60,457 bases of DNA from a virus (Duplodnaviria; Caudoviricetes), in the IMG/VR virus record IMGVR_UViG_3300037119_004150, positions 1-60,457 of that record; one strand, given 5' to 3'. The position numbers were made by a program, and so were the translations under genes. Positions 1 through 9,703 of this stretch are shown piece by piece. Numbering within the stretch: the stretch's first letter is position 1; each line of letters begins with the position of its first letter. The notes under the pieces are model-generated. The model saw only the letters and a program-made list of their open reading frames with translations. It did no database searches and was not told the DNA's origin.

Positions 1-270
1 AATAGAAATAAGGACCCTAATACTACCGAGAGCTTTGGTTGGGACTGGGGCTTTAAGCTCGGTGTCGGTCAATCTATCGTTAGTGCGATAGTTACTACTG
101 CCGAAGGTGCAGTTGTTGTAGAGGATTCGGAGGTTGTTGATGGTCGTTATGTTAATGCCTTGGTATCAGGTGGGTCTTTTGGGGTACGTAACAGTATACT
201 TTGTCATGTGACCCGATCTGATGCATTAACCTTCGAAGATACTATCGTTTTGAGGATCGTGAATAAGTAA
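1..270 (+). CDS. 5'-truncated copy of fibre/tail adaptor-like protein (full copy 58572-58850)
   Basis: Same reading frame and sequence as 58572-58850, ends TAA at 268-270. Confidence 0.8.
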   Translation, partial: NRNKDPNTTESFGWDWGFKLGVGQSIVSAIVTTAEGAVVVEDSEVVDGRYVNALVSGGSFGVRNSILCHVTRSDALTFEDTIVLRIVNK

Positions 271-440
271 TGCCTAGCTTACCCGATCTTCAAACCAAAA
301 TTCGTCTTGGCTATCCACTTAATCCGGAAGAGCAAGCCTTCCTTCTGAAAGCTGCCGATCAGTCTGGTGTGGAGAGTGAAAGGAAATGGCAAGGCTGGTC
401 AGAATCCCCTGACTCAGTAGTTGATCAAATTACGGAGTAG
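270..440 (+). CDS. Small hypothetical protein (56 aa, MPSLPDLQTKIRLG...)
   Basis: ATG overlaps upstream TAA (TAATG); stop 3 nt before terL start; conserved in repeat copy 58850-59020. Confidence 0.7.
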   Translation: MPSLPDLQTKIRLGYPLNPEEQAFLLKAADQSGVESERKWQGWSESPDSVVDQITE

Positions 441-443
441 ATA

Positions 444-1829
444 GTGTTAATACCAGGGATGAAGGATGGGGTTCTGAGAAAGGACCTTTACTTCGAGAGT
501 ACCGGGTATCAACCACACCCAGGTCAAGTTAAGGTTCATTACGACGGTCATCGCCACCGAGCTATGTCTAATGGACGACGGTGGGGTAAGACTTTGGTTG
601 GTGGTAAGGAAATTGAGCCTTGTGCCTTTCTTAGGAATAGACTTGGTGATCCACAACGCGGTTGGATAGTAGGTCCTAACTACAGTGACTGTGAGAAAGA
701 ATTTCGCGTTGTCTATGATACCTTCAGAACTTTGGGAATCGACCAGGTTTCTACTAAGTTTTTGAAGAATACTGAGAATGGCAATATGGTTATTGCTACG
801 AACTGGGGGTTCGTTGTTGAGTGTCGATCTGCAGCGCATCCCGAGAGTCTTGTTGGTGAAGGTCTTGACTTCGCTGTTATGGTGGAAGCCGGTAGACTCC
901 ATAGGAAAACCTTCACAGAGTATGTACGGCCTGCTCTTTCGGACAAAAGAGGATGGTCATTAACCTCCGGAGTTCCGGAGATGGCTACTGAGACCTCTTT
1001 ACTCTACTGGGCTTATAAGAGGGGTCTTGAGTGGCAGACTAAGCCATGGCGCAGTTGGCGCATGCCTAGTTGGACAAATACAGTGGTTTTTCCCGGCGGT
1101 CGCAGAGACCCCGAGATTATTGAGGCTGAGGACGACTTAACAGAAGATGAATTCAAACGCCAGTATGGTGGAATGTTCGTTGACCGGGTTGGTCGTGTTA
1201 TGTCTGAATGGGATGATGAGATACATCTCAAGCGGATTAAATACAACCCTAACTGGCCCCTATATGCGGCAGTTGACTATGGGTACACCAACTTCTGGGT
1301 TTGGTTATGGATTCAGGTTGATGAGTTTGATAATGTCTACGTTTTGGGTGAGCACTACATCAAGCAAATGGATACTGAGAGGATTGCTAAGGAGATCTTA
1401 GCACCTCATCCATGGATTAAGAAGTGCGTTGCCTTCTACCCTGATCCCCATAACCCCGATGATACCAATATGCTTTCGAGGCATCTTAAGATCCCTGCTC
1501 GGTCGAATACGGGTGGGGAACTTAAGACTCGAATTGCTATGACAAGGACTAGGTTAAAGCCTAGACCTGAGGGGGCTCCCCTTTCAGAGCAACAAGCTCA
1601 AATCGTATTTGACCGGGATCGCTGTCCTCATCTCTCGTGGGAAATGAGAGAAGGCTATAGGTGGCCCGAGCATAAGAATGAGCTTAAGAATGAAGCTGAA
1701 ATTCCTATGGATAAGGATAACCATGGGCCAGAGGCTCTAGGTCGTTTTATCTATGGTTACTTTACCGCCGCCGGGGCTGTCGAGAGGTCAACCCGTCAAC
1801 GTAAGGCAAAGTTTAGGAGAGTTGCATGA
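444..1829 (+). CDS. terL: Terminase large subunit
   Basis: Walker A GRRWGKT, GEGLDFAVMVEA Walker B region, nuclease AVDYG and C-terminal DNHGPEALG motif; directly upstream of portal. Confidence 0.95.
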   Translation: MLIPGMKDGVLRKDLYFESTGYQPHPGQVKVHYDGHRHRAMSNGRRWGKTLVGGKEIEPCAFLRNRLGDPQRGWIVGPNYSDCEKEFRVVYDTFRTLGIDQVSTKFLKNTENGNMVIATNWGFVVECRSAAHPESLVGEGLDFAVMVEAGRLHRKTFTEYVRPALSDKRGWSLTSGVPEMATETSLLYWAYKRGLEWQTKPWRSWRMPSWTNTVVFPGGRRDPEIIEAEDDLTEDEFKRQYGGMFVDRVGRVMSEWDDEIHLKRIKYNPNWPLYAAVDYGYTNFWVWLWIQVDEFDNVYVLGEHYIKQMDTERIAKEILAPHPWIKKCVAFYPDPHNPDDTNMLSRHLKIPARSNTGGELKTRIAMTRTRLKPRPEGAPLSEQQAQIVFDRDRCPHLSWEMREGYRWPEHKNELKNEAEIPMDKDNHGPEALGRFIYGYFTAAGAVERSTRQRKAKFRRVA

Positions 1830-3385
1830 GAGACGCCGGGACGGTGACACCATGGAGCACTATCGTTCCGGTCACGATGGCCGACGAGCCGACTTACGTT
1901 CCTGAGGAGGATCGTGAGCGGATAGTTGCTTATCAGAAGTACAATAGTCTTTATTGGTCTGAGGACAGGGCAGTAGAGATTGTTAGAGACGCAGAAGATG
2001 GAACACCCCTTTATGTTCCTCGTCCTAAGATGATCGTGGATACTACTTCTCACTATCTTCTTAAAGGATTGACAATTGACCTGGAAGATCCAGAAAGCCA
2101 AAGCGAGTTAAATAGGTTTCTCCAAGCCTTCTTAGATAGAGAAGCTTTCTTAGCTAGATTCAATATCGCCAAGCTCAAGGGAGTGGCTCTTGGAGACTGG
2201 ATCTTCCATATTACAGCTGACCCCTTAGCTCCTCCTGAGCGACGAATCTCCCTAAACACAGTCGACCCTGCAGCTTACTTTCCCGAGTATCACCCAGATG
2301 ATCAAGAAACTCGAGTCGGAGTTCGCTTGATGGAGCCCTGGGTCGATCCTGCTGATACCAGTAAGACTTTGGTTAAGGTCCTTTACTATTTCTTCGACTG
2401 GCAAAACCCTGCTGATCGTCGCGTGTGGCGAGAAGAAGCTATTTGGGAGGTTGAGGATTGGTGGAATCAGGCCAAGGCAAAGAGGTATAAGAATCTTTTA
2501 ACCCTCGAACCTCTTGATGAGCGTATCACTGAGATTCCGGTTTATCACTTCAGAAATGCTGAATGGGATGGATTTCTCTTTGGTAACAGTGAATTAAAGG
2601 GTGTTGAGAAAATTTTCCGTGGTATTGACCAGGCTATTTCCGATGAGGAGATTGCTCTTGCCCTGGTTGGGCTTGGTGTCTATGCCACTGATGCTGGTCG
2701 ACCTACTGTTAATGGACGGGAGGTAGATTGGGTAGTTTCTCCAGGAACTGTTCTCGAAGTCCCGGGCGCCACTATGATCAAGCGCTTAGAGGGAATCACC
2801 TCAGTTACGCCTGTGCAAGACCACTTGCGATATCTAGACAGTGCTTTGAAAGAAGCTACTGGTACTTCAGATATTGCTTTGGGCGTGATTGACGCTCAGA
2901 CTGCTGAGTCTGGTATTGCCCTCGCCATTAAGTTTATTCCCACACTTGCCAAGATTGAATACAGGGATCAGTCTGGGTTGGCTAAGCTTACTCAGATGTG
3001 GTATGACCTTACTTCATGGTTCCGAGTATTTGAAAGTGTTGACTTCGGTGATACACTTATTCTTCCTCGGATTGGTGAGAAACTTCCAGTTAACCATGTT
3101 CAGGTCTTCAATGAGTTAAATAACCTCTTCGATCGTAAGATTATCAGCGCTCAGTTCTATAGGGATGAGTGCGAGCGAAGGTTGGGTTATAACTTCCCTG
3201 AAAACATTGCTAAGCAAATCTTGGATGAACAGATTGCCCAGCTTGAGATTATGCAACGTCAGATGCAGATTCAAGCTTCAGTTGCTCCCCCAGATAGCAA
3301 TGGCGATCAACCTAACCAATCAAATAACAAAAACAGAGTCAACGAGTCCAACGGAACAGAATCTGTTCCTGCTCAGGGCTCTTGA
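1826..3385 (+). CDS. Portal protein (SPP1 gp6-like)
   Basis: 519 aa after terL; IPVYHFRN, FGNSEL and ESGIALAIKF motifs typical of SPP1-like portals. Confidence 0.88.
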   Translation: MRDAGTVTPWSTIVPVTMADEPTYVPEEDRERIVAYQKYNSLYWSEDRAVEIVRDAEDGTPLYVPRPKMIVDTTSHYLLKGLTIDLEDPESQSELNRFLQAFLDREAFLARFNIAKLKGVALGDWIFHITADPLAPPERRISLNTVDPAAYFPEYHPDDQETRVGVRLMEPWVDPADTSKTLVKVLYYFFDWQNPADRRVWREEAIWEVEDWWNQAKAKRYKNLLTLEPLDERITEIPVYHFRNAEWDGFLFGNSELKGVEKIFRGIDQAISDEEIALALVGLGVYATDAGRPTVNGREVDWVVSPGTVLEVPGATMIKRLEGITSVTPVQDHLRYLDSALKEATGTSDIALGVIDAQTAESGIALAIKFIPTLAKIEYRDQSGLAKLTQMWYDLTSWFRVFESVDFGDTLILPRIGEKLPVNHVQVFNELNNLFDRKIISAQFYRDECERRLGYNFPENIAKQILDEQIAQLEIMQRQMQIQASVAPPDSNGDQPNQSNNKNRVNESNGTESVPAQGS

Positions 3386-4084
3386 GTGGGCGAGAGGCCC
3401 GGAAAGGTAAAACGCGAGATGCGTCCCATTAAATTGCCCCCTGAACTCCTTCACCTTGGACTTATCATTGGATTCGATGAGGATCCGGATGATGACAAGG
3501 AAAAAGACGAATCCGAAGAGGAAGGGTCAGAAGAGGAGGATAAGGATGGGGGAAACATCGAAGGACTCAAGTCCGCTCTTCGTAAGGAACGAAGTGAGCG
3601 CCGACGCCTCTCAAAGGAGGTTAAGGATCTCGCCAAGTTCCGTCAGGAACGGGAGGATGCTGAGAAGGACGATGTCACCAAGGCCAAGGACCAAGCTACT
3701 TCAGCAGAAGCCAAGGCCCAGAAACTAGCTGCTAAGCTGCGTGATAGTGCACTGGACAATGCGATCATTCAGTTAGCTGGTGGTATGGGTTTTGCTGATG
3801 TGGATGACGCCCTGAGACTTATTGATCGTGCTACTGTTGATATTGACCAAGATGAGGATGATCCTACCGAGGTCAACATTGATAGGGATACGGTTAAGTC
3901 GGCTCTCGAGGCCTTGACTAAGGCTAAGCCTCATTTGCTTAAGAATGAGGAGAAGTCACCTCCCCAGCCAACCGGTTCTCGGTTTAACGGGGGCAATAAG
4001 AAAGTTAATGATAAGGACGCTCAAGACGCGGCACTTCGTGAGAAGTATCCGGCCCTCCGTCGAGGCTCCCCTGTGCAGTCATAG
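3386..4084 (+). CDS. Capsid scaffolding protein
   Basis: Acidic N-terminus, coiled coil LKSALRKER, C-terminal KAKPHLLK; between portal and capsid genes. Confidence 0.8.
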   Translation: MGERPGKVKREMRPIKLPPELLHLGLIIGFDEDPDDDKEKDESEEEGSEEEDKDGGNIEGLKSALRKERSERRRLSKEVKDLAKFRQEREDAEKDDVTKAKDQATSAEAKAQKLAAKLRDSALDNAIIQLAGGMGFADVDDALRLIDRATVDIDQDEDDPTEVNIDRDTVKSALEALTKAKPHLLKNEEKSPPQPTGSRFNGGNKKVNDKDAQDAALREKYPALRRGSPVQS

Positions 4085-4094
4085 ATAAGGAGGA

Positions 4095-4481
4095 ATGGCC
4101 CGTATGGCCAGGTTCGACAAGTATGATCCGGTATCCGGTGGATTCCGAGCGCCCCTCAACGCAGCCTATACTGGTGCTGCCGCTCCAATTGCGGTGGGCA
4201 TCAACTCAAGCGGTCGAGTGGTGGTCGGTGCCGGACAAACCGGCATTGTTGGTGTGGTTTGTTCTCCGCGTGATCACGCGGCTGCTGAACCCATTGACGT
4301 CATGACCAGTGGAGAATTAGTTGAATTCGGTGGTGCTGCTGGCACTGTCTATACAGCTAATACTACTACTGGGGTTATTAGCACTACGGCTAAGTCTGCA
4401 ACTCAACATGTTGTCGGCCACACCGTTGAGGCTGATCGACTTATTGTCCGCACGGCTGTTCTGCCGTGGGTTGGCACCTGA
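4095..4481 (+). CDS. Capsid decoration/cement-like protein
   Basis: Small Gly/Ala/Val-rich beta protein with strong RBS directly before major capsid. Confidence 0.6.
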   Translation: MARMARFDKYDPVSGGFRAPLNAAYTGAAAPIAVGINSSGRVVVGAGQTGIVGVVCSPRDHAAAEPIDVMTSGELVEFGGAAGTVYTANTTTGVISTTAKSATQHVVGHTVEADRLIVRTAVLPWVGT

Positions 4482-4496
4482 GAAAGGAGGATCACA

Positions 4497-5702
4497 ATGA
4501 TTACAAATGTGCGTGAGCGCCGTTTAAGCATCGCTGACCTTCTGGATCTTCGCCAGCTGAGCGGTGGTAACATCAACGAAGCCCGTCGACTTGAGACCAT
4601 GATTCGTGGTTTTGAAGAGGGCTATAACGAGGTTGAAGACCTCATTACGGAGACCGCTGATGGTTTCCCTCTTAACGGTATGTGGCAGGAGTTCCAGGCG
4701 ACTATTCGTCTTTGGAATGCTCAGCGAGATGCCCTCACTAACCTGCTGACGTTTAATGTTACCACACCCATCGAGGGTGTTCGGTATCCTATTGAGCAGG
4801 ATTTCCAAGAGGCTACGGAGTTTGGCGAGCCGATCGGTATTCGGCTGGGACCAGCCATTCGACACGGGTATCCGTTCAAGTGGTATGACCTCGCCATCCG
4901 TTATACTTGGCAGTTCCTGGCTGATGCCACGTCTGGGCAGCTTACTGCGCTGAACAACACTGCCCTCGAAGCGGATAACCGACTCATGTTCACCAAGATC
5001 ATGGCTCGACTGTTCAGCAATGTTACTGCTACTGCCGATATCGACGGTGATGCCCTCAATGTCTATGGCTTTTACAATGGTGACTCTCAGGTGCCGCCGA
5101 AGTGGAAGACTACGACTTTCTCGAGCGGTCACCAGCATTATCTTGCTAGTGGTGGTGCGACGGTTGTCTCGGGTGACCTTGATGATCTGATTGCCACGGT
5201 TACTGAGCATGGTTACAGTCAGCTCCGAGGTTATCAGTTAGTTCTGCTCGTTAACGCGCAAGAAGCTGATGTCATTCGTACCTTTACTACGGCAGGTGGG
5301 GCTAAGTATAGCTTCATCCCGTCGAACGTTGGTATGGGTGGTATTGTTCTGCCGGCTAACGGTGGTATCATCGGTGCCCCGAATATGACTCAGTTCCCGG
5401 GGCTGGTTACCATTGGTTCGTATGGTCAGGCTATCATCGTTCAGGAAGAGTATATTCCTGCTGGATGGATGGTTCTGATTGCGACTGGTGGTCCAGATAA
5501 CATCGGTAACCCGGTTGGCATCCGTCAGCATGAGACGGCTTCTTTGCAGGGTCTTAAGTTGGTTAAGGGTCGTACACCCGACTATCCGCTTATTGACTCC
5601 TTCTATGTTCATGGCTTTGGTTGCGGTGTTCGACATCGTGGTGCTGGGGCCGTCATGAAGATTACTGCCGGGGCTTATAGCATCCCGACGCAGTACGCTT
5701 AG
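4497..5702 (+). CDS. Major capsid protein
   Basis: 401 aa, strong RBS (AAAGGAGG), synteny after scaffold, FQEATEFG motif, followed by stable hairpin. Confidence 0.85.
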   Translation: MITNVRERRLSIADLLDLRQLSGGNINEARRLETMIRGFEEGYNEVEDLITETADGFPLNGMWQEFQATIRLWNAQRDALTNLLTFNVTTPIEGVRYPIEQDFQEATEFGEPIGIRLGPAIRHGYPFKWYDLAIRYTWQFLADATSGQLTALNNTALEADNRLMFTKIMARLFSNVTATADIDGDALNVYGFYNGDSQVPPKWKTTTFSSGHQHYLASGGATVVSGDLDDLIATVTEHGYSQLRGYQLVLLVNAQEADVIRTFTTAGGAKYSFIPSNVGMGGIVLPANGGIIGAPNMTQFPGLVTIGSYGQAIIVQEEYIPAGWMVLIATGGPDNIGNPVGIRQHETASLQGLKLVKGRTPDYPLIDSFYVHGFGCGVRHRGAGAVMKITAGAYSIPTQYA

Positions 5703-5708
5703 TTTGAC

Positions 5709-5750
5709 TTGACCGGGTAGACTTATAGCCATGTGGGTCTGCCCGGTCAA
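5709..5750 (+). terminator. Stem-loop after major capsid gene (attenuator/mRNA stabiliser)
   Basis: TTGACCGGGTAGAC...GTCTGCCCGGTCAA inverted repeat; no long U-tract. Confidence 0.6.
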
Positions 5751-5776
5751 ATCACAATCCTAGAAAGGATAAACAG

Positions 5777-6130
5777 TTGGCACTTGATATTCCCCAAGAG
5801 CGAATTGACGCTGGTGACCTGTCTGAGTATGAGAAGGGCTATCTTCGTGACCGAGGCCGTTGGCCTGTTCAGTCCGATGAGCCTGGTGTTTCTCGAGTGA
5901 CTCCGCTCGAGGAGCAGTCTGTTCCTACTATTGAAGAGCCTGGCGGTGTTCAGGACTCTGAAGAGGGGGAAGAGGATTACGAAGAGGGTTGGAATAACGA
6001 TCAGCGCAGGGCTGAGCTGGCTCGACGGAAGCTTTCTGTCGATGGCACCAAGGCTAATCTCATTGATCGTCTTCGTCGGTCTGACACGGATCAGCTCGAA
6101 GATTCTGACTACTCTACTCTGGAGGACTGA
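5777..6130 (+). CDS. Hypothetical protein with C-terminal SAP/HeH-like motif
   Basis: RAELARRKLSVDGTKANLIDRL resembles the SAP-domain consensus. Confidence 0.6.
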   Translation: MALDIPQERIDAGDLSEYEKGYLRDRGRWPVQSDEPGVSRVTPLEEQSVPTIEEPGGVQDSEEGEEDYEEGWNNDQRRAELARRKLSVDGTKANLIDRLRRSDTDQLEDSDYSTLED

Positions 6131-6135
6131 TTACA

Positions 6136-6486
6136 GTGAACCGCTCGCCGCAGGATAGACTTCGTGGGCTGCTCGGGGAAGCTATCCCGGCGGGCGGTTC
6201 CGACACTGATAGTATATTTAGTGATGATGAGATTAATGATCTTCTCGAACAAGGTCGAGAGGTTAATGATGTCCATTATCTACAAGCTGCAGCTTATTAT
6301 GGTTGGCTTGAAAAGATGGCTAACTATGCAAACCTTGTGACGGTTAACGAAGGTAACGCTATGAGAGAGTTGACTGAGCTTCACCGAAATGCTCAGCGCA
6401 TGGTTGATCGTTACATTGGTTATGCTGAGACTCCCTCTCGAGGTCGAGCTCGTATTGGTCGTATCACGAGAGTTAATACTTACTGA
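6136..6486 (+). CDS. Head-to-tail adaptor
   Basis: LRGLLGE...FSDDEINDLL motif; position after capsid. Confidence 0.7.
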   Translation: MNRSPQDRLRGLLGEAIPAGGSDTDSIFSDDEINDLLEQGREVNDVHYLQAAAYYGWLEKMANYANLVTVNEGNAMRELTELHRNAQRMVDRYIGYAETPSRGRARIGRITRVNTY

Positions 6487-6884
6487 TGGGGGCGTATAGT
6501 GAACAACAGGTTAGGGAGCGACTGTTAGGTTCTTTTGTTGATGAAGACCCAGTTGATATTGCTCTTATTCGTCCCGTATATGCGGCTACTGTTGCCGGAG
6601 GCGAAACTCAGGTGGGAACTGTCTTGTTACCCACACAACGATTCTACTTTTACCCATTTAAACGACGATTGACCAGGGAAATAAAGTTTAATCCCCAGTC
6701 GTATGGGGAGGAGAAAGTAGAATACGCAGATTATATTCTTATCTTTTTGCCTGGGGTGGATATCCAAGCAAAAGACTATTTTGACAATGTTGGCGGTAGG
6801 CTTGAGGATGGACGATATTCAGTAGAATTCGTTTCACCAAGACAGTGGGATAGACAGCAGGCGGGCATTCTTTACAGGGGTTGA
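6486..6884 (+). CDS. Head-to-tail stopper
   Basis: Synteny; beta-rich with DIQAKDYF...GRYSVEFV motif. Confidence 0.6.
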   Translation: MGAYSEQQVRERLLGSFVDEDPVDIALIRPVYAATVAGGETQVGTVLLPTQRFYFYPFKRRLTREIKFNPQSYGEEKVEYADYILIFLPGVDIQAKDYFDNVGGRLEDGRYSVEFVSPRQWDRQQAGILYRG

Positions 6885-6885
6885 T

Positions 6886-7296
6886 ATGGTCCTTAGGAAT
6901 GCCAATGGTAGATTTCGTCGTCGGGGTAGTTTCAGTAATGACTTTTTTAGTGCAGAGAATACTTTATCGGAGGGAATTGCTAACTTCGAGGTAAAGATGT
7001 TTGATGCTTTGCGTGAAGAGGGCGATGAGTTTGCTGAAGAACTTAGAGAATATGCTCGAATGAATGCCCCTTGGGAAGATAGAACCGGGGAGGCTCGAGC
7101 TGGATTAGATACTTCTGTTGAACAAGAAGGCGATTCTTTAGCAGTTAACCTATTCCATACTGTAGACTATGGTATTTGGTTGGAGATTAGATGGGGTGGT
7201 AAATATGCTATCCTTATTCCCACCATTGAGAACATGGGCCCTAAGTTGTTGGAGAGACTAAGACAAAAGATGGATAGGATAACTTTCTATGAATAG
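6886..7296 (+). CDS. HK97 gp10-like neck/tail completion protein
   Basis: NAPWEDRTGEARAGL and VDYGIWLE motifs. Confidence 0.8.
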   Translation: MVLRNANGRFRRRGSFSNDFFSAENTLSEGIANFEVKMFDALREEGDEFAEELREYARMNAPWEDRTGEARAGLDTSVEQEGDSLAVNLFHTVDYGIWLEIRWGGKYAILIPTIENMGPKLLERLRQKMDRITFYE

Positions 7297-7699
7297 AACT
7301 TGGTTCTACCAGAGAATGGTGAATGATCCTACTCTGAGTGCTTTATTGCCAGGGGGAGTTCATCAAACAACATCAATTGATAGGACTCCGACTCAAAAAC
7401 CTTTCATCATCTATCGTGTTATTGCTCACCGTCCTGATCACCGAGGTGATGACCAAGATATCCTGAGGTCAGAGAATTTTTTAGTCTTTGTTCATGATGT
7501 TCCTGGTGACTATCTTAAGATTGATAATATTCTTCGTCAACTAAAGTTACTCTATATTAATGCTAAAGATGTCAATGCTGGGGTTGGCTGCGTCTCTTGG
7601 CTCGAGGATAGTGAAGACTTTAGGGATGAGGATATGGGAACCATTATGAAGTATGGGCGGTATTCTATTCGATATATCCCTTCGGAGGTGGTATTGTGA
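7289..7699 (+). CDS. Tail terminator
   Basis: NDPTLSALL and KPFIIY motifs; synteny. Confidence 0.7.
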   Translation: MNRTWFYQRMVNDPTLSALLPGGVHQTTSIDRTPTQKPFIIYRVIAHRPDHRGDDQDILRSENFLVFVHDVPGDYLKIDNILRQLKLLYINAKDVNAGVGCVSWLEDSEDFRDEDMGTIMKYGRYSIRYIPSEVVL

Positions 7700-8016
7700 A
7701 AAAGGTTCGTTGGGTGGCTCCTCAGCCTACTTATAGGCGGGAGTTATCCGTTGATGATCTAGTTAGTCTTGGTGCTAAGAGCGCCAAGGAAGACTTAGTC
7801 TTTTCCAGAGAGAATGGCTTCATTCTGGAATTGAATAACGAGGTTAGTGATAGCCTTGTTGACAAGCTTCCCGATGAGTTTGTCTTAGTTGATGATAAAG
7901 AGGCCGAAGCAATCGTGGAAGCTGTCGGATCAGTTGAACCACGTTTAACTCGACTTCAAGAAACAGGTGACGAATCAAGCGATGATGAGCCTGAGGATGA
8001 GTCCAGTAAATCCTAA
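7696..8016 (+). CDS. Hypothetical protein (tail region)
   Basis: RBS GGAGG, overlapping start/stop with upstream gene. Confidence 0.65.
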   Translation: MKKVRWVAPQPTYRRELSVDDLVSLGAKSAKEDLVFSRENGFILELNNEVSDSLVDKLPDEFVLVDDKEAEAIVEAVGSVEPRLTRLQETGDESSDDEPEDESSKS

Positions 8017-8087
8017 ATCAACGAGATATTCTGACTCGATGAATTCTGCTTCAAGCAGAACTTGATTCGATAGGGAAGCGTAGGGAC

Positions 8088-8297
8088 ATGAATCTTCATT
8101 GCGGCAACAAACTACATGGAGTGATTCTTGACAACGGTCTCGTCGAGGTCGCCTGTCAGTCTCGCATGTGTGGTAAGGAAGCTGGCAATGTAGTACTTCA
8201 TCGTTTCGACCCCATTACCGGGGAGCTGGTTGATACGAGACGTTTCAAAAAGCCCCCCACACATAAACTGGACAAGGAGGAAAAGAAGGTATGCTGA
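8088..8297 (+). CDS. Small Cys/His-containing hypothetical protein
   Basis: 69-aa ORF filling gap before major tail gene. Confidence 0.65.
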   Translation: MNLHCGNKLHGVILDNGLVEVACQSRMCGKEAGNVVLHRFDPITGELVDTRRFKKPPTHKLDKEEKKVC

Positions 8298-9124
8298 ATA
8301 GCCCAGCATTGCCCTATGGTCTCCGAGATGTCAAGCTGCGTCCTATGGATTCATCTGGCAACTTGGGTACCGCCGTTGACCTCCCCGTATCTCAGACTTT
8401 TAGCTTCAGTGAGGCTGAAGAATTTGAGACGCTGCGGGGCGACGACCGGGACGTGGCCATTCGGGGCCGAGGGCCAAAGGTAGAGTGGGAGCTGGAAGCA
8501 GGTGGTATCTCTCTCGAAGCGTGGGAGGTGCTTACCGGTGGAACTCTGACTAATACAGGTGTGACTCCTAATCAGACTAAGAAACTGCTTAAGAAGATCA
8601 CAGACGCTCGACCGTATTTCTTGGTTGAGGGACAATCCGTCAATGATAATGATGGGGACGTCCATGTTAAGTTGTTCAAGTGCAAGGTCACTGACTCCGT
8701 TGAGGGTGAGTGGGCTGATGGTACTTTCTTCGTTACTAGTTGCTCTGGTGAGGGCATTGGTGATGAGAACGACGACCTGTATGAGATTACTTGGAATGAG
8801 ACTGCTGCTAGCATGACGGGTGGAACTAACGAGATCCAAGCCGTTTATCACAATGCGACTGGTGGTACATTTACTCTCACCTACTCGGCTCAGACTACTA
8901 CGGCAATTGCTTATAACGCAACGGCCGGAGTGGTTCAGGCAGCCTTGGAAGCACTGTCTAACATTGCTCCAGGGGATGTCGAAGTCAACGGTTCTACCGG
9001 GGCTTGGACAGTGGAATTCAAGGGTACGCTTGCTGCTACTAACGTTACTGCTATGACTGTTACTGATACCTCCCTTACTGGTGGGTCTGCAACAGTTGTC
9101 GTGGTTCGTGAGGGCGCAGTTTAA
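8291..9124 (+). CDS. Major tail protein with C-terminal accessory domain
   Basis: LPYGLRDVKL N-terminus, LRGDD, RPYF motifs; C-terminal GGTFTLT...AIAYNA...VQAALEAL domain. Confidence 0.85.
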   Translation: MLNSPALPYGLRDVKLRPMDSSGNLGTAVDLPVSQTFSFSEAEEFETLRGDDRDVAIRGRGPKVEWELEAGGISLEAWEVLTGGTLTNTGVTPNQTKKLLKKITDARPYFLVEGQSVNDNDGDVHVKLFKCKVTDSVEGEWADGTFFVTSCSGEGIGDENDDLYEITWNETAASMTGGTNEIQAVYHNATGGTFTLTYSAQTTTAIAYNATAGVVQAALEALSNIAPGDVEVNGSTGAWTVEFKGTLAATNVTAMTVTDTSLTGGSATVVVVREGAV

Positions 9125-9157
9125 TCAAAGTCTTCGGAACCCCAGGAGGTCAGTAAG

Positions 9158-9703
9158 ATGACTAATGTAACAAATGCTAATGCTTGGCGACAGGCCAATA
9201 ATCAGGGTACTGAGTTGAAGTTGCCGAGTGGCAATACTTGCTTAGTTCGTAAGGCTATGGGTCTCCAGGTTTTCCTCCGTGATGGGCAAATTCCCAATGC
9301 GTTGATGGAACTTGTAGAGAAGGCTACGAGCAAGGGAAAGCCTCCTTCCGGTCAGAAGACTGAGGAGTTGAGTGCCGAAGACTTGCTTAAGAACCCTAAG
9401 AATCTTCAATCTATTATTGAGCTTTGTGACAATGTGTGCGTTGAAGTATTGATGGAGCCTAAGGTTTTGCCCGTTCCTCGGGATGAGGAGGGGAAAGATC
9501 TTCCCATGCCCCACCGAGAGACGACTAATGATTTCCTTTGGGTAGACGAAGTCGACTTCGAGGATAAGATGTTTATCTTTAACTGGGCGGTTGGTGGTAC
9601 GTCTAATTGGGAGAAGTTTCGTGGGGAACTCTCTGAGCATGTGGGCGATGTATCAGGAGGCCAAGACCTGGTCATGCCGTCCTTCCCACCTCCTGGCAAT
9701 TGA
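9158..9703 (+). CDS. Tail assembly chaperone (short form)
   Basis: Between major tail and tape measure; LKLPSG and DKMFIFNWAVGG motifs. Confidence 0.8.
   Translation: MTNVTNANAWRQANNQGTELKLPSGNTCLVRKAMGLQVFLRDGQIPNALMELVEKATSKGKPPSGQKTEELSAEDLLKNPKNLQSIIELCDNVCVEVLMEPKVLPVPRDEEGKDLPMPHRETTNDFLWVDEVDFEDKMFIFNWAVGGTSNWEKFRGELSEHVGDVSGGQDLVMPSFPPPGN

Larger units (their letters stand above)
2..1876. repeat. Left copy of ~1.88 kb imperfect direct terminal repeat (circular-permutation/assembly overlap)
   Basis: Colinear with 58582-60456 at constant offset 58580; many mostly synonymous substitutions. Confidence 0.97.

Noticed and set aside
4524-5750. Long minus-strand ORFs opposite the capsid gene (also 10709-11272, 32160-33005, 52152-52742, 57537-58064)
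   Set aside because: Shadow frames of well-supported plus-strand genes; no motifs, RBS or promoters
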